This document shows, in pieces, positions 10,101 through 20,081 of a stretch of 64,000 bases of DNA. The translations under genes were made by a program, and so were the position numbers. This DNA is from a virus. How positions within the stretch are numbered: the stretch's first letter is position 1; the number at the start of each line of letters is the position of its first letter. The DNA lies in IMG/VR virus record IMGVR_UViG_3300017989_000003, positions 6,606-70,605 of that record; one strand, written 5' to 3'. The notes below the pieces were generated by a model that did not search any database, was not told where the DNA came from, and was given only the letters and a program-made list of their open reading frames with translations.

Positions 10101-11885
10101 ACGGCTATGATGCAAAAAATATTTGAAGCTGGGGAGCGTGGTGTGAAGCAAATGGAGTTATACACAAAATTAGCTTCTGAATCTACGCAGGCATGGAAAG
10201 TTTTTGGTGCTACAGCTGAGGGCGTAGGGGTGTTGCTGGGTAAGACTTTGCGGTTTGCTGGTGTGTCTATGCTTGGTTTTACTAAAGTACAAGAATATAT
10301 GACGATGGCTATGCAAAAGGGTAGAATGTCGTTCTTAGATGCTGCGGCTGCTATAGACGTATTTCGAGGAAGACTTGCTATATTAGAGACAATGGGTGGT
10401 GACGCTACTTTAGCTATAGCTGGAATTGAAGATGCGGTTGCTACACTTACTCTAGTTGGTATGGACGCGCAGGATGCCATTCAAACATTGTCTGGAATGT
10501 TCGACATTACAAATGCCCAGAAGTTTGCTGGCGTATTCGGTTTGATGGGTATGAATGTGATGGAGTTCCAGACTTTGTTGCTTAGGGGTGACACGCAAAA
10601 AGCTTTAGATGCGTTAATGACCGGACTTTCGAAATTACCAGCTGAGAGTGTACTGAGGTTTGGTACTATATGGGAGAGAATTACTGGTCTGTCTAGAGAC
10701 GCTTTGGAGACAATGTACGCTGCTTCTACTAAGTGGTCTGACATATCTGAAGACATGCGAAAGGCTCAGCAAGAGCAGGAAGCTAGACTTAAGTCTATGG
10801 CTGAGTCGCCGTTTATTAAAATGCTTAACGAACAGATGGATACATTTCAGATGATGGTTAAAGTAACTGGAGGTCGTATTAGAAATGTCTCAGACGTATT
10901 TATGTTAAGTCTACTACCGTCTCTTAAAAGAATTCTACCTGTAGTTGAATTAATCGCTGAAGGTCTATTTAAGGTTGTAAGTGTTGTGGCTTCATTTGGT
11001 GAGACTCTATCGTATATAGTGCCGACTATTTTAGCTGCTGTGGCTGCTCTAAAGACATTTAGTATTGTTGCGGCAATAGCTCAGTCATTAGTACATCCAG
11101 TAGCAGCTATAGCCGGTATTGCAGCAGCTGTTGGAGTAGGGGCAGTTGTATTTGGTGCTTTGAAATCTGTCACTCCTGATGAAAAATCTTTGAGACGTGT
11201 GAGTGAGGAAATGGAGGCTATAAACGCTCAGTATAAAGAACGTAAAAAGTATGAGGGTATGATGCCACCAGCATATGGTGTTGGAGCAACTAGACGCCAA
11301 GAATGGCGAATGAGTAATGAGACGTACCGCTTTGAAGGTGCTGTTCCAGGTTACCAAAAAGGTGTGGCGGGTATTGTTTCATCTCCTGCTATGGTTGGAG
11401 AAAAAGGCAAAGAACTTGTTATAGCAGCTCCTGTAAGTAAAATGAATGCGCCGGGTATGCAAGATGTGACTAGTATTTTTGGAAAACAAACGGACTATTC
11501 TAATGTACTTACTAAAATTAACGATAATGTCGGCAGTATAAGTAGAAAGTTAAATGATGTAACAGCATCCACCATGAAAATGGTGGATAATGCTCAGATG
11601 GAAGTTGAGCGAGATAGAATTAGGAAAATAAAGGAGGAAGACTTTAGACCTTTACGAAAAGTTCCTATTATAGAAAAAGAATTACTCCAAACACAGGGTA
11701 ATGGCGGGTTAGAGTCAAAGTCTGAATTAACGGATGAACTTATTGTTTCTAACAATAGACTTTCTACTTTAATCCAAAGAATGATTACTGTTCTTACCGA
11801 CATTAAGGATAATACTGAAGTAACTTCGAAGAATACGCGTAAAACGCGGGATGTAAGCTTATTTCACAGTAAAGAAGGTGTATAA
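7122..11885 (+). CDS. Tape measure protein
   Basis: 1587 aa, largely helical and Ala/Gly/Leu-rich, with hydrophobic stretches near the C-terminus and a PAMVGEKGKELVI motif. Canonical position after the chaperones. Confidence 0.8.
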   Translation: MADIISLSLKLDAVDALKSIQSFTKTIEDAAKSWDKAIDKASKNIDEKLSEMTDSISSLSKEIDVSVAVGEIKVDDSFDKALESFYKNVKNQIQQKVKTVSADITTPLKVRVSSLSGNIEDVIVSEVADAVALGVRKAPIGGIGIGNAAQELTTLLLVTLPSVINKAVSNIGSEIANSIKPITDAVSNLPKDLSVTLDLSSSMASIRDEIQREPIDTYLRVVSVTTTSDFTPSGTKGAGTGEGARIKIPAALKVVTIVGSPITVDAKLNIKGYNPKTLNIDVKAAVDLKLSNVNDLDAFVKSIQDSLTVQLVVDGFIPASGKTWEDFAGEISKKLPIYPLIKGFVEEWTESDLPKVPELHACIKTIDLRPDFKAPKVDEYLNELKASIKKFDVTKTVIKKLTSDISDSPDFAPTIKDIKFDLSDDVLSNLEYDLEFIMSNVAVSLEQDLLDVLGKFQLKLIDHVVEGIDLMSKEIDAVLQKERHIPTVKAQAGGGAFTPIDITDTIKDAVTNAINSVRTTSKDISKASLKIAKDVTDEAVKNISGIDVDRLVDVPHEKLYNAMRVSEDAIVKSGKAHTESISRGLGKVGDFLKDVFISPKVKDIIRKGLSTETRIKDLSEVSDTIDNIVKGLSDEFGDTKEALSSISNSIKKANEAAKDASSLFTKPEDVVSGFADAFNLMKESGDLMSKEIVKLPMTDFSKAYDSLLLLQKNIDEFSGIQEKFSGIPEFQSRMEKAQIMMGMVGTNLANTIEAFVQNIESIQEGLPLDADLSEVIALELESIGDKLRDVSIVIPTGVDAPAVRDFMESLDYLSVVLQNAGDGVETVGLQGLSKISSSINTVLKQLEYSSGSVNDYIDAMNRASVSVGAVPPQHQDVLTNTIMSMKNAVGSLKALGTTSGIVSGTFKSVANIVKRSGKKIDSAFGKLLKSGLGLLGGFSLIRTMVQGIDREYRAAQLGAAGGMYQPGKEAWWQQFRGAAIKGLTEEEISEMFGTAMMQKIFEAGERGVKQMELYTKLASESTQAWKVFGATAEGVGVLLGKTLRFAGVSMLGFTKVQEYMTMAMQKGRMSFLDAAAAIDVFRGRLAILETMGGDATLAIAGIEDAVATLTLVGMDAQDAIQTLSGMFDITNAQKFAGVFGLMGMNVMEFQTLLLRGDTQKALDALMTGLSKLPAESVLRFGTIWERITGLSRDALETMYAASTKWSDISEDMRKAQQEQEARLKSMAESPFIKMLNEQMDTFQMMVKVTGGRIRNVSDVFMLSLLPSLKRILPVVELIAEGLFKVVSVVASFGETLSYIVPTILAAVAALKTFSIVAAIAQSLVHPVAAIAGIAAAVGVGAVVFGALKSVTPDEKSLRRVSEEMEAINAQYKERKKYEGMMPPAYGVGATRRQEWRMSNETYRFEGAVPGYQKGVAGIVSSPAMVGEKGKELVIAAPVSKMNAPGMQDVTSIFGKQTDYSNVLTKINDNVGSISRKLNDVTASTMKMVDNAQMEVERDRIRKIKEEDFRPLRKVPIIEKELLQTQGNGGLESKSELTDELIVSNNRLSTLIQRMITVLTDIKDNTEVTSKNTRKTRDVSLFHSKEGV

Positions 11886-12616
11886 TGACAGTATCTGAAA
11901 AACCAATAAGTCCTGTAACGTATAGGACTCCTAAAGATAAAGGGTTGCCTGTTGGGTATTTGGTGATAGACCCTCTTGGAGCTAATTACAAGGAGTATAA
12001 GAGGATAGCTGACTTAAGTAACTATCCTATACAATATCCTTTGTACTTGCAGTTTCTGGATTTTGAGTATGGAATCCAAGATAATGTTATACATAACTAC
12101 GATGATGTAGCCCCTTATATGCGGTCTGAACGACACAAATTCTATTCTGGCTCTCAGAACGTACAACTTGAGGTTATGGTCAGATTTTTTTCTACATGGA
12201 ACGCCAAGGCAGAGGTTCATGCTAGTTATGAGTATCTACTAGCATTACAATACCCGTGGATTGACCCCCAAGGTGGATATAAATATGTTCCTCCAAAGTT
12301 GATTTTTGTTGCTAATTGGAGTATTCGAAGAACTGGGTATATTACAGCGATGAATACGACGTGGTTTAATCCTGTTGGATACGAACAGGAAGTGTATATG
12401 ACTCCAAGTACTAAGTACGGTGAACGGCAATATGCGGTTGTTAATTTTTATGCGGAAATGCTACTTACTTTCACGGTAGTTGGTAGCACAGTGTACAATG
12501 GTAGCTTTAGGGATATTCCGTCAGCAAATACTAAGTTTGACAATTATAACAGGGCGTTACCTAATCTTGCAACTATGCCGTATCCATATGCTACACCGCC
12601 TGGTTACCATTCATAG
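11885..12616 (+). CDS. Putative tail-tube initiator / baseplate protein (gp48/gp54-like)
   Basis: Position after the tape measure; segments RSERHKFYSGSQNVQLEVMVRFF and YVPPKLIF...GYITAMNTTW. Confidence 0.55.
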   Translation: MTVSEKPISPVTYRTPKDKGLPVGYLVIDPLGANYKEYKRIADLSNYPIQYPLYLQFLDFEYGIQDNVIHNYDDVAPYMRSERHKFYSGSQNVQLEVMVRFFSTWNAKAEVHASYEYLLALQYPWIDPQGGYKYVPPKLIFVANWSIRRTGYITAMNTTWFNPVGYEQEVYMTPSTKYGERQYAVVNFYAEMLLTFTVVGSTVYNGSFRDIPSANTKFDNYNRALPNLATMPYPYATPPGYHS

Positions 12617-12625
12617 GAGAGAGAG

Positions 12626-12949
12626 ATGCTATCACGTAGTTCAAGATATATTGATACTGAAATTCTTAGATATGACTCTAAGGACTGTTTTGATTTGTGG
12701 AAGCGTGTGTCTGAAATCTTACATAGCGATGATTCATTAAATTTTCTTGAGCATACAGTTAATTCACCTGAAGTTGGGTGTTTGGACTTAATCGCTGATA
12801 GGTATTATAACAATGAGAGGCTGTGGTGGTTTATCGCTGCGTTTAATAACATAATCGACCCTGTTGCGGATATGTATCCTGGACAGACTCTAAAAATACC
12901 GTCTTTGCTGTTTATTCAATCTTTTATAGCGAGAAGTCAGAATGGGTGA
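12626..12949 (+). CDS. Small baseplate wedge protein, LysM/gp53-like
   Basis: LDLIADRYYNNERLWWFIAAFNNIIDP...YPGQTLKIP motif. Confidence 0.85.
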   Translation: MLSRSSRYIDTEILRYDSKDCFDLWKRVSEILHSDDSLNFLEHTVNSPEVGCLDLIADRYYNNERLWWFIAAFNNIIDPVADMYPGQTLKIPSLLFIQSFIARSQNG

Positions 12950-15356
12950 TAGTGTTGAGACACAACAGGTTTTACTGGAAATTATTCTTAATAAGGTGCG
13001 TATATTCCCTTCTTCAGAAGATGCTGATTACACTACTGTAGATGGTAAAAAAATTGACGGACTAAACCCAATTTATTTATCGCAGATAGGAGTAGAGAGT
13101 GTAAGAGTGGCGTTTGGTGAAGGTGGTTTTGATATAGAAGTTGTATTGTTTGACCCATCTATGGCGGCGTTGGATATAATTATTTACGGTGTGCCGTTCG
13201 CGGACAATGTTATTAAAGTAACGTTAGGTTGGATGGGGGATGGTCTTGACGAGAACAAGCGTACATTTGAAGGTAACTTGGTATCTGTACGTCCAGATAT
13301 AACTGCTGGTGGTGTAAGGTACACTCTTAATTATTATTACTCATGGGTCGTTTATGGCGCTATAAAGAGTGATAATGAGTTTGTGGATTTTATTACAAGA
13401 GTTTACGATGATGGATATTTTACTATAACTCCGTATACTTACTCATACCAGGATGACCCAGACAGCGATGTTTTTAAGGTTATATTGCGTTCTTTTACGA
13501 CTGATTACACATGGGATATGTACGAAGATATGTCGCTGTTACTGTCGTACTCGTTAATGGAACTGTTGTTTGAGAGGTTTATGCGAAAGGATGTAGTTGT
13601 AAATGTAAATGGTTCTCCTGTAGTTTTGTTTAAGAGCGAGTATGTGGCGTATGTTAGAGGGCTCATGCGTCGTGTGAAAAATGGAGAAATTGAGCTTGCT
13701 AGATGCGTTAAAGTTATTAATAAATTACTTACAGGGAATTATATATTTCCAGATATAGGGGGTTTTGAGAACTATAGGGCGTATTATAAGCTATATGTAC
13801 ATGGTAGTGGAGAGACTGGTTCAGAGTTAATGGCTGATAGTGCTACTTTATACAACAGTGTGGCGCATGTATCAGTTTTTAATAACCCTGATGACTGTGT
13901 GTTGGGAAAGCCGGATTTTAGTGGATGTTTTACGCCTGTACATATACTGTTAATATTTGCTGCTTTGTACGGAATGGACGTTGAGATTGGTGAAGGGCTA
14001 TTAAGGTCGTCCCAAAATGGGACTAAGGATAGTCTGTCTGTGTTTCTAAATGAGAAGGTAATGTCTATTCCTTATGCTGCTTATAGGGATTGCCGTGACA
14101 CAGATGTTTTTGGGTACATGCGTGACGTGTTTGAATTTGCTACTAATAAACTTGACTCACTAGTTCGTACGTCAAGTTTTGGTATTAATGTCCTGTCAAA
14201 TCCACCTTCTGGGTATACCCAGAAGGAGTACGCTGAAATGATTGGTGGGGCATTTTTCGCCGATAGATTACATGTTACTATTGTTTATATTCTCCGAAAG
14301 GTATTTGCTGAAGGAAAATCTGCTGAATTTAGCGACGATGAGCTTAAGGGTGTAATGGACGCTAGGCGTGGCAATGTCCCGTCTGAGGATGTAGCTAAGT
14401 CATACGCTGAATTCGCTATTAATTCATATGATGAGTCGCTTGGGTTCCACCGATATAAATTCAGCCAGGATTTTTATTCAGACTTAAGTTACACGCGTAA
14501 CCCAGGAGACAAGCTTCTTGGGTTCTTACAGGATATGTTCAAGTATAGTGGATTTTACTCGCCAACTGGTTTTTCAGATTCGGCGGATGAAGACCCAGAT
14601 TTGCTAAGATTGTTTGTAGATATAGCGCCTAGTAAAAATACAGGTAAGAGCGTAATTATTGTAAAGGGCGAACAGGTAGATATGCGTTTTAAGCCTACTC
14701 ATATCTTTACTTACCCACGACAGAGTATTAAAGAGAAAGTGACCTCATTTGAAGTTGTCTCTGATGGCGGTGTATTTTTACCGTACTATGGCGGTATTTT
14801 AGTTAATGACTTTAGTTCTATTCCGACAAGTTTGACCAGGAAAACTAAGTCAACCGACTTTAAGCCATCTCTTGTTGAGGGAGAGACTGTATGTAGGCTA
14901 TACTCTGATGTAAATCTGGACAAAATTAAAGAACTTGTGAAGAAGACTGAGGATATTAACGCTAAGGTTATGACTGAGACGGCTAGAGCGGTAATATCTA
15001 AGTTAGTGTATCCGTTTTATTCGTCGGTTAAGCGGCGAGAACCTTTTGATATAGCTACTTATACTGCATCGTTGGTGTCGTTTCAACGTGTTGGTATGAT
15101 ACAAGCTGATATGGAGATTATAGGAGATGTCAACGTAGACTTGTTTGACTACATATTTATAAGTATTGTTACTGAAAATTACACTATGTATCATCTAAGT
15201 GGTGTTTATCTGATTACACACGTTGAACATTCAGTAGCTGTAGGAACGTCGTTTACGACGAAACTGGCTATTCAGAGGATGGGTTCGTACGCTAGGGGAA
15301 TAAAAGCTATTGATGTAGCTAACTTGCGTAAGTTTAAGCTCGAGGAGGAGAAATAG
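12942..15356 (+). CDS. Baseplate hub protein (gp27/gpD-like) with large insertions
   Basis: Position before the spike gene. The C-terminus ADMEIIGD...LSGVYLITHVEHSV...FTTKL is typical of hub proteins. Confidence 0.65.
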   Translation: MGDSVETQQVLLEIILNKVRIFPSSEDADYTTVDGKKIDGLNPIYLSQIGVESVRVAFGEGGFDIEVVLFDPSMAALDIIIYGVPFADNVIKVTLGWMGDGLDENKRTFEGNLVSVRPDITAGGVRYTLNYYYSWVVYGAIKSDNEFVDFITRVYDDGYFTITPYTYSYQDDPDSDVFKVILRSFTTDYTWDMYEDMSLLLSYSLMELLFERFMRKDVVVNVNGSPVVLFKSEYVAYVRGLMRRVKNGEIELARCVKVINKLLTGNYIFPDIGGFENYRAYYKLYVHGSGETGSELMADSATLYNSVAHVSVFNNPDDCVLGKPDFSGCFTPVHILLIFAALYGMDVEIGEGLLRSSQNGTKDSLSVFLNEKVMSIPYAAYRDCRDTDVFGYMRDVFEFATNKLDSLVRTSSFGINVLSNPPSGYTQKEYAEMIGGAFFADRLHVTIVYILRKVFAEGKSAEFSDDELKGVMDARRGNVPSEDVAKSYAEFAINSYDESLGFHRYKFSQDFYSDLSYTRNPGDKLLGFLQDMFKYSGFYSPTGFSDSADEDPDLLRLFVDIAPSKNTGKSVIIVKGEQVDMRFKPTHIFTYPRQSIKEKVTSFEVVSDGGVFLPYYGGILVNDFSSIPTSLTRKTKSTDFKPSLVEGETVCRLYSDVNLDKIKELVKKTEDINAKVMTETARAVISKLVYPFYSSVKRREPFDIATYTASLVSFQRVGMIQADMEIIGDVNVDLFDYIFISIVTENYTMYHLSGVYLITHVEHSVAVGTSFTTKLAIQRMGSYARGIKAIDVANLRKFKLEEEK

Positions 15357-15358
15357 GT

Positions 15359-16342
15359 ATGAAGTACGATGGAGTATACAGTGGATTTGTTGCTAGTGTT
15401 GACGGAGCTACTTCTAAAGAAGGTGTTAAGTCTGACGGTACTTTTCAGAAAATAAAGGTCATAGTTCCTGGTATCGATGCTATTGACGCTGATATCAATG
15501 TCTTGCCTAATGCAGTGGTTAGATATAATAGGGCTGGGGATGGTTGGGGCGAGGTTTATCCTGTGTTGCCTAAGGATAGTGTCATAGTCGAGTTTGAGGG
15601 AGGTGACCCCACTAGACGTATAATTACAGGAATGGCGCATGGTTCTTGGAAGTTACCCGTGTTTTTTGCAGCTAATTATCCTCATCGTGAGGGGTTTGTC
15701 AGCCGTGGGGGTCATCTGCTTGCTTTTGATAATTTTGTTGATTACGATGTAATGAGGTCATTTATACTTATGTCGTCGATTGGTGGAAACTCTATTAGGA
15801 TGCGTGATTTTTATTCTACGCTAGAGGGTTCCATTAATACTGGAGCTAAAATAGTTCTTCGAGGAACGGCGTCTGATTCTGACGATACTTTTCCAACTAA
15901 CGTTGGTGTGTTAATTACGGGTAATCCAGATGTGAGTGTGTCTCCTCTTAAAAATTATACTATTAAATTTGACGAGGAAAATCTTGAGCTAGAGATAAAA
16001 AGTCGCGAAGGTTATACTGTGACTTTACGGGATAAAGATGCCTCGGGTGGTTCTGTCAATAAAGGTATTACTGTAAAGACACAAACTGGTCGAGAGATAG
16101 TAATCGACGAAGAAGATGGTAAGATATATATTAGGAATACAGATGAAATTCATTTGAGTGGAAGTAAAGTTGTCGTTGATAGTGATTTGGAGGTTAACGG
16201 TAAGATTGATGCCACTGACAATATATCTACTCTTGGTGAGGTGTTTGATACGTATATGGGCGTGCCAAGTAATTTAAGTCAGCATGACCACACTATTCCT
16301 CCTCCTCAGGGTGGTACTACTATTCCTCCACGGACACCGTAA
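15359..16342 (+). CDS. Baseplate central spike (gp5 OB-fold / gpV-like)
   Basis: YSGFVASVD...KIKVIVP and VYPVLPKDSVIVEFEGGDP; beta-repeat C-terminus ending in an HxH motif (QHDHT). Confidence 0.85.
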   Translation: MKYDGVYSGFVASVDGATSKEGVKSDGTFQKIKVIVPGIDAIDADINVLPNAVVRYNRAGDGWGEVYPVLPKDSVIVEFEGGDPTRRIITGMAHGSWKLPVFFAANYPHREGFVSRGGHLLAFDNFVDYDVMRSFILMSSIGGNSIRMRDFYSTLEGSINTGAKIVLRGTASDSDDTFPTNVGVLITGNPDVSVSPLKNYTIKFDEENLELEIKSREGYTVTLRDKDASGGSVNKGITVKTQTGREIVIDEEDGKIYIRNTDEIHLSGSKVVVDSDLEVNGKIDATDNISTLGEVFDTYMGVPSNLSQHDHTIPPPQGGTTIPPRTP

Positions 16343-16352
16343 AGAGGTTAAA

Positions 16353-16724
16353 ATGGATTATAGAGGATTGGCTGCACCGATAACTAAAGGAAATGGCGGT
16401 TATTTTGTATCTGCTAGATTCGAGGAGTTAGTTTGGTCTTCGATATCGTTAATACTGTTTACGCCATTAGGTTCGACGCCAGGTAGACGTAAATTTGGTA
16501 CGTCTATTGTAGATATGGTATTCGCGCAGGTTGATTACTTAATGCTTTATGAGCTTCAAGCTCAAATTAAAGGCGCTATCGAAAAATACGAACCGCGAGT
16601 TTTTGTAGATAGTGTGGTTTGTTATCAACAACAGCATTCTGTTTATGCTAAAATAAGATTGAGAATTCGAAGAAGTCTACAGACTACGGAAAGAATTCTA
16701 GTTTTTAATGATTTTGAGGTGTAA
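16353..16724 (+). CDS. Baseplate wedge protein, gp25/gpW-like
   Basis: SISLILFTPLGSTPGRRKFGT and IEKYEPRV. RBS GAGG before ATG 16353. Confidence 0.9.
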   Translation: MDYRGLAAPITKGNGGYFVSARFEELVWSSISLILFTPLGSTPGRRKFGTSIVDMVFAQVDYLMLYELQAQIKGAIEKYEPRVFVDSVVCYQQQHSVYAKIRLRIRRSLQTTERILVFNDFEV

Positions 16725-16726
16725 AT

Positions 16727-19700
16727 ATGACGTTACCTACTACACTTGATTACACGGCTCGAGATTTTGACTCAATAAAAATCTCGTTGGAAAATTATGT
16801 TAGAGCCACAGAACCCACACTGTGGACTGATTTCTTTGAAAGTAATTTGGGTGTTTTACTCATAGATTTTAATGCGTATGTGGGCGATATTGTGTCATTT
16901 GTTGCTGATAGAATATCAGAGGAAGTGTTTCCTGTTACAGCCAAAAGGCGTAATAGTCTCATAAAATACGCGAGAGGCGTGGCGTATTCACCGCAAGGTT
17001 CGTCTCCGTCGACTGTTCGCGTAGTTGCGAATAATGACTCTATACCATCTACTTTTAGTACACAGGGTCTGTTGTTTTATGCAGGTACTGTTTTTACGGT
17101 AGATGAGGTTACGTTTGAGTTAATTAAGGACTACTATTTTCCTGCACTCACTAATCCAGTTGAGATGGATTTTACGTCGGGTCTGTCTGACGCTGAAACT
17201 TTTATTGCTGATGGTAGACAATGGCAAGAATATACTGTTGAAGTTGACGACGTGATAAATGATTCATGGAAAGTATTTGTGGATGGAATCGAGTGGGATT
17301 TCGTGGATAATTTGCTTTTTTATGAAGCTGAGCGTGTTTACGAAGTAGTGTATGAAGACGACGGTAGTATTACCGTTAGGTTTGGTAATGGCGTTCATGG
17401 TCTTATTCCTGCTTCTGGTTTATCTGTTGAAATACGATATAGGTATGGTGGCGGAATAAGTGGTAATATTGAATCTAGGTCAGTTAACACGACTATTACT
17501 GGATATTTCGATGACGGCAGTTCCGCTTCTATTAGCATAAATAACCCGAATCGTGCTTCAGGCGGCGAAGACCCTGAAACTATTGAACACATTAAACAAT
17601 GGTTGCCCGGTTGGATTAAATCTAACAATAGGGCTGTGTCTGTTGAAGACTATATGACATTAGTTAATAAATTTACAGACCCTGATTATGGTTCTCCATA
17701 TCGTGCTAATGCTCGGTTACGTATTAGTGGTTTCGGTAACATAATCGGTGGTATATACCTAGAATCTGCATTGATGCCGTATGTGGAGTCATCTTCGTTT
17801 GAGATATTTGCTGTTGGTGATGGCTCCACTACTAATTTTACTTACAATACATTACAAAAACCTATAGTCCCGTATACTGTTAGAATTACGGGTTATTTGA
17901 CCTTTGGTTTTCCGCCAACTACTGTTGCGTTTGAGGTGAGGGATGATGGGCGTGGTGGACTTGAGAGTGATTATATTATAGGAGGCTCAGTGGACTACGA
18001 TAACGGTATTATACAAGTTAGTTTTCGAACTGGTAATGCCCCTGTAGCTTCTGCTGGGATTTCCTTATATTACGAATTTTCTCCAGTGTCAATAACAGGT
18101 GTTAACAGGTACGACTATTCCCATTTGCTAGGAATAGGTGATGGAATAGTTACGGCGTTTAGTGACACTATTATAATACCAACTAGTTTATTAGTACCGA
18201 ATGAAGATGCTTATTTGTTTTCGTCTATTAACGATTTTGGGATAAGGTTGAAAACTGTGTTGGACAATGCAGGTACTGACATTCCGATTGACCTTTTTGA
18301 CGGCTCTTTAACCGTTCCAGTAACTCAACCTGTTGGTACATTTACGGACTTAACTGGTGCCCCAGACCCAAATGTGATATCTAGTACGATAAATTATGAA
18401 TCTGGGTTTATATCAATAACATTCGCGCATCCTGTAAAACTAGATGAGGGAATTAAAATATACTTCACAGCGTTTAATTTTAATTGGGATGAAGGCGATG
18501 GTATTAGCGTGGCATTTTCAGGTTATGTCGGTGAGGACATAGTTCCAGGAACGTTGCGAGTGCATCTAGTTGTAGGTACAACTGATATATTTATCCGTGA
18601 TAATCTAGTGGCTGGTGTGTGGTCTCTAATAGTGATAAATGCGGCTACTGGGGTGTCTGTTGTTACATCTGATATAGATTATGATGCAGGATATTTGTCA
18701 TTCACACTGTCCCATCCACCGGATAATCTTACGCTAGTTTCGTTAGCGTATAGAACTGCCGCCGAGGTTACTGACTTGCCTTACGGAGTTATGAACTTTG
18801 TGACTGCTATAGATAGTACTACGGGAGGTCTTGATAACGCTGGTGTTTACCAGTGGTTATCTGATAGGTGGAATTTACTTGTAAAACAGGGTGAATTTGA
18901 TTACGCTCTTCCTGCTAACGTTGTTGACCTGTGGCTATGGTCACAGGATACCGATGGGTATTTAGCGTTTGCGTCTGAAGGTCTTATAGATGCGGTGAGG
19001 GATTGGTTACTTGATTATGAGATTTCGACTGTGCAATTGAATGTAGAGTCAGGATTACTACAGCCGTTTAATATAGACATAGGAACTGTGTATTACGATA
19101 AACAGTATGAGGTTAATGACATTCGGATTGACATACAAGAAGCTATTCGGCAATTGTTAACGTCAGACGCCGTGTATCCTGGTGAGGAAATTACAGTATC
19201 TGAATTATATAGTGCTATTTATGACGTTGAGGGTGTGTTGGGGTTCAAAATGTTGTCTCCAACATCTAATATATCGCTATCGAAGAATGAGATGGCTTCT
19301 TTTGGTAAAGTTGAACGTTATGACACTGGGGTTAAGGGTCTTCCGTCAGAGCAAACTATTGGTTATGGTGACCCTAGTATCCCAACTTTAGTGTTTTCAT
19401 CAACTTTGTCAGGGGTTGGAGCATCTAATAATGTCATTGAAACCGCTAATTCTGTTATTGTCGAGACGTATGTTGTAACTCCTACTGGTATAGAATTCAG
19501 TCAGGCAAAAAGTATAGTAGGGGCTGTTCCTGGTGTTATGGAGTTTGTAAATACTGTTGGTAATTACGTTGATACCTTAGCTGCTAATTCGTATGTTAAT
19601 GTATCCACTGGAGCTATTCAGGTAACATATAATGGTGGAAATCCTCCAGATACTGATGTGGCAGTGGTGGTAACATATTGGACTGAGCATTTTGTCGTAA

Positions 19701-20005
19701 TAAGTCAACTTATGTACTATCCTGTAACGGGTGGTACTGTAAGATTAGAATTTGGAGATTTGCTTATTGTAGATGACGGTGCGGGTAATCTTGTGTCAAA
19801 TCAAGTTTCGGGTTCGATAGATTATGATACTGGTGCCCTAAAATTTGATTTTAATAATGACACATTATCTATACCACCACCTATTGACGGTGAGTCTCTT
19901 TTAGCTACGTATAATTATACATATAAGGCTAATTTTGTGCCTTTGGTGAAAGGAAGTGTGACTGACAAGATGGGTTATTGTCCTGATTGGGACTGTCCAG
20001 ATTAA
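16727..20005 (+). CDS. Baseplate wedge protein, gp6/gpJ-like, expanded with repeated beta domains
   Basis: LDYTARDFDSIK, VRFGNGVHG, ASGGEDPETIEHIK and RAVSVEDY. About five GxIDYxxG-type domains are inserted. Confidence 0.9.
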   Translation: MTLPTTLDYTARDFDSIKISLENYVRATEPTLWTDFFESNLGVLLIDFNAYVGDIVSFVADRISEEVFPVTAKRRNSLIKYARGVAYSPQGSSPSTVRVVANNDSIPSTFSTQGLLFYAGTVFTVDEVTFELIKDYYFPALTNPVEMDFTSGLSDAETFIADGRQWQEYTVEVDDVINDSWKVFVDGIEWDFVDNLLFYEAERVYEVVYEDDGSITVRFGNGVHGLIPASGLSVEIRYRYGGGISGNIESRSVNTTITGYFDDGSSASISINNPNRASGGEDPETIEHIKQWLPGWIKSNNRAVSVEDYMTLVNKFTDPDYGSPYRANARLRISGFGNIIGGIYLESALMPYVESSSFEIFAVGDGSTTNFTYNTLQKPIVPYTVRITGYLTFGFPPTTVAFEVRDDGRGGLESDYIIGGSVDYDNGIIQVSFRTGNAPVASAGISLYYEFSPVSITGVNRYDYSHLLGIGDGIVTAFSDTIIIPTSLLVPNEDAYLFSSINDFGIRLKTVLDNAGTDIPIDLFDGSLTVPVTQPVGTFTDLTGAPDPNVISSTINYESGFISITFAHPVKLDEGIKIYFTAFNFNWDEGDGISVAFSGYVGEDIVPGTLRVHLVVGTTDIFIRDNLVAGVWSLIVINAATGVSVVTSDIDYDAGYLSFTLSHPPDNLTLVSLAYRTAAEVTDLPYGVMNFVTAIDSTTGGLDNAGVYQWLSDRWNLLVKQGEFDYALPANVVDLWLWSQDTDGYLAFASEGLIDAVRDWLLDYEISTVQLNVESGLLQPFNIDIGTVYYDKQYEVNDIRIDIQEAIRQLLTSDAVYPGEEITVSELYSAIYDVEGVLGFKMLSPTSNISLSKNEMASFGKVERYDTGVKGLPSEQTIGYGDPSIPTLVFSSTLSGVGASNNVIETANSVIVETYVVTPTGIEFSQAKSIVGAVPGVMEFVNTVGNYVDTLAANSYVNVSTGAIQVTYNGGNPPDTDVAVVVTYWTEHFVVISQLMYYPVTGGTVRLEFGDLLIVDDGAGNLVSNQVSGSIDYDTGALKFDFNNDTLSIPPPIDGESLLATYNYTYKANFVPLVKGSVTDKMGYCPDWDCPD

Positions 20006-20019
20006 TAAGTGTCAATTTT

Positions 20020-20075
20020 GTCAAGGGGTAATTTGCAACCAGTAACGAATTACCCCTTGACGACAACTGTCAAGG
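20020..20075. repeat. Dispersed palindromic element, copy 2
   Basis: GTCAAGGGGTAATT-TGCAACCAGTAACG-AATTACCCCTTGAC (14-bp perfect inverted repeat), followed by GACAACTGTCAAGG. Confidence 0.92.
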
Positions 20076-20081
20076 ATTGCT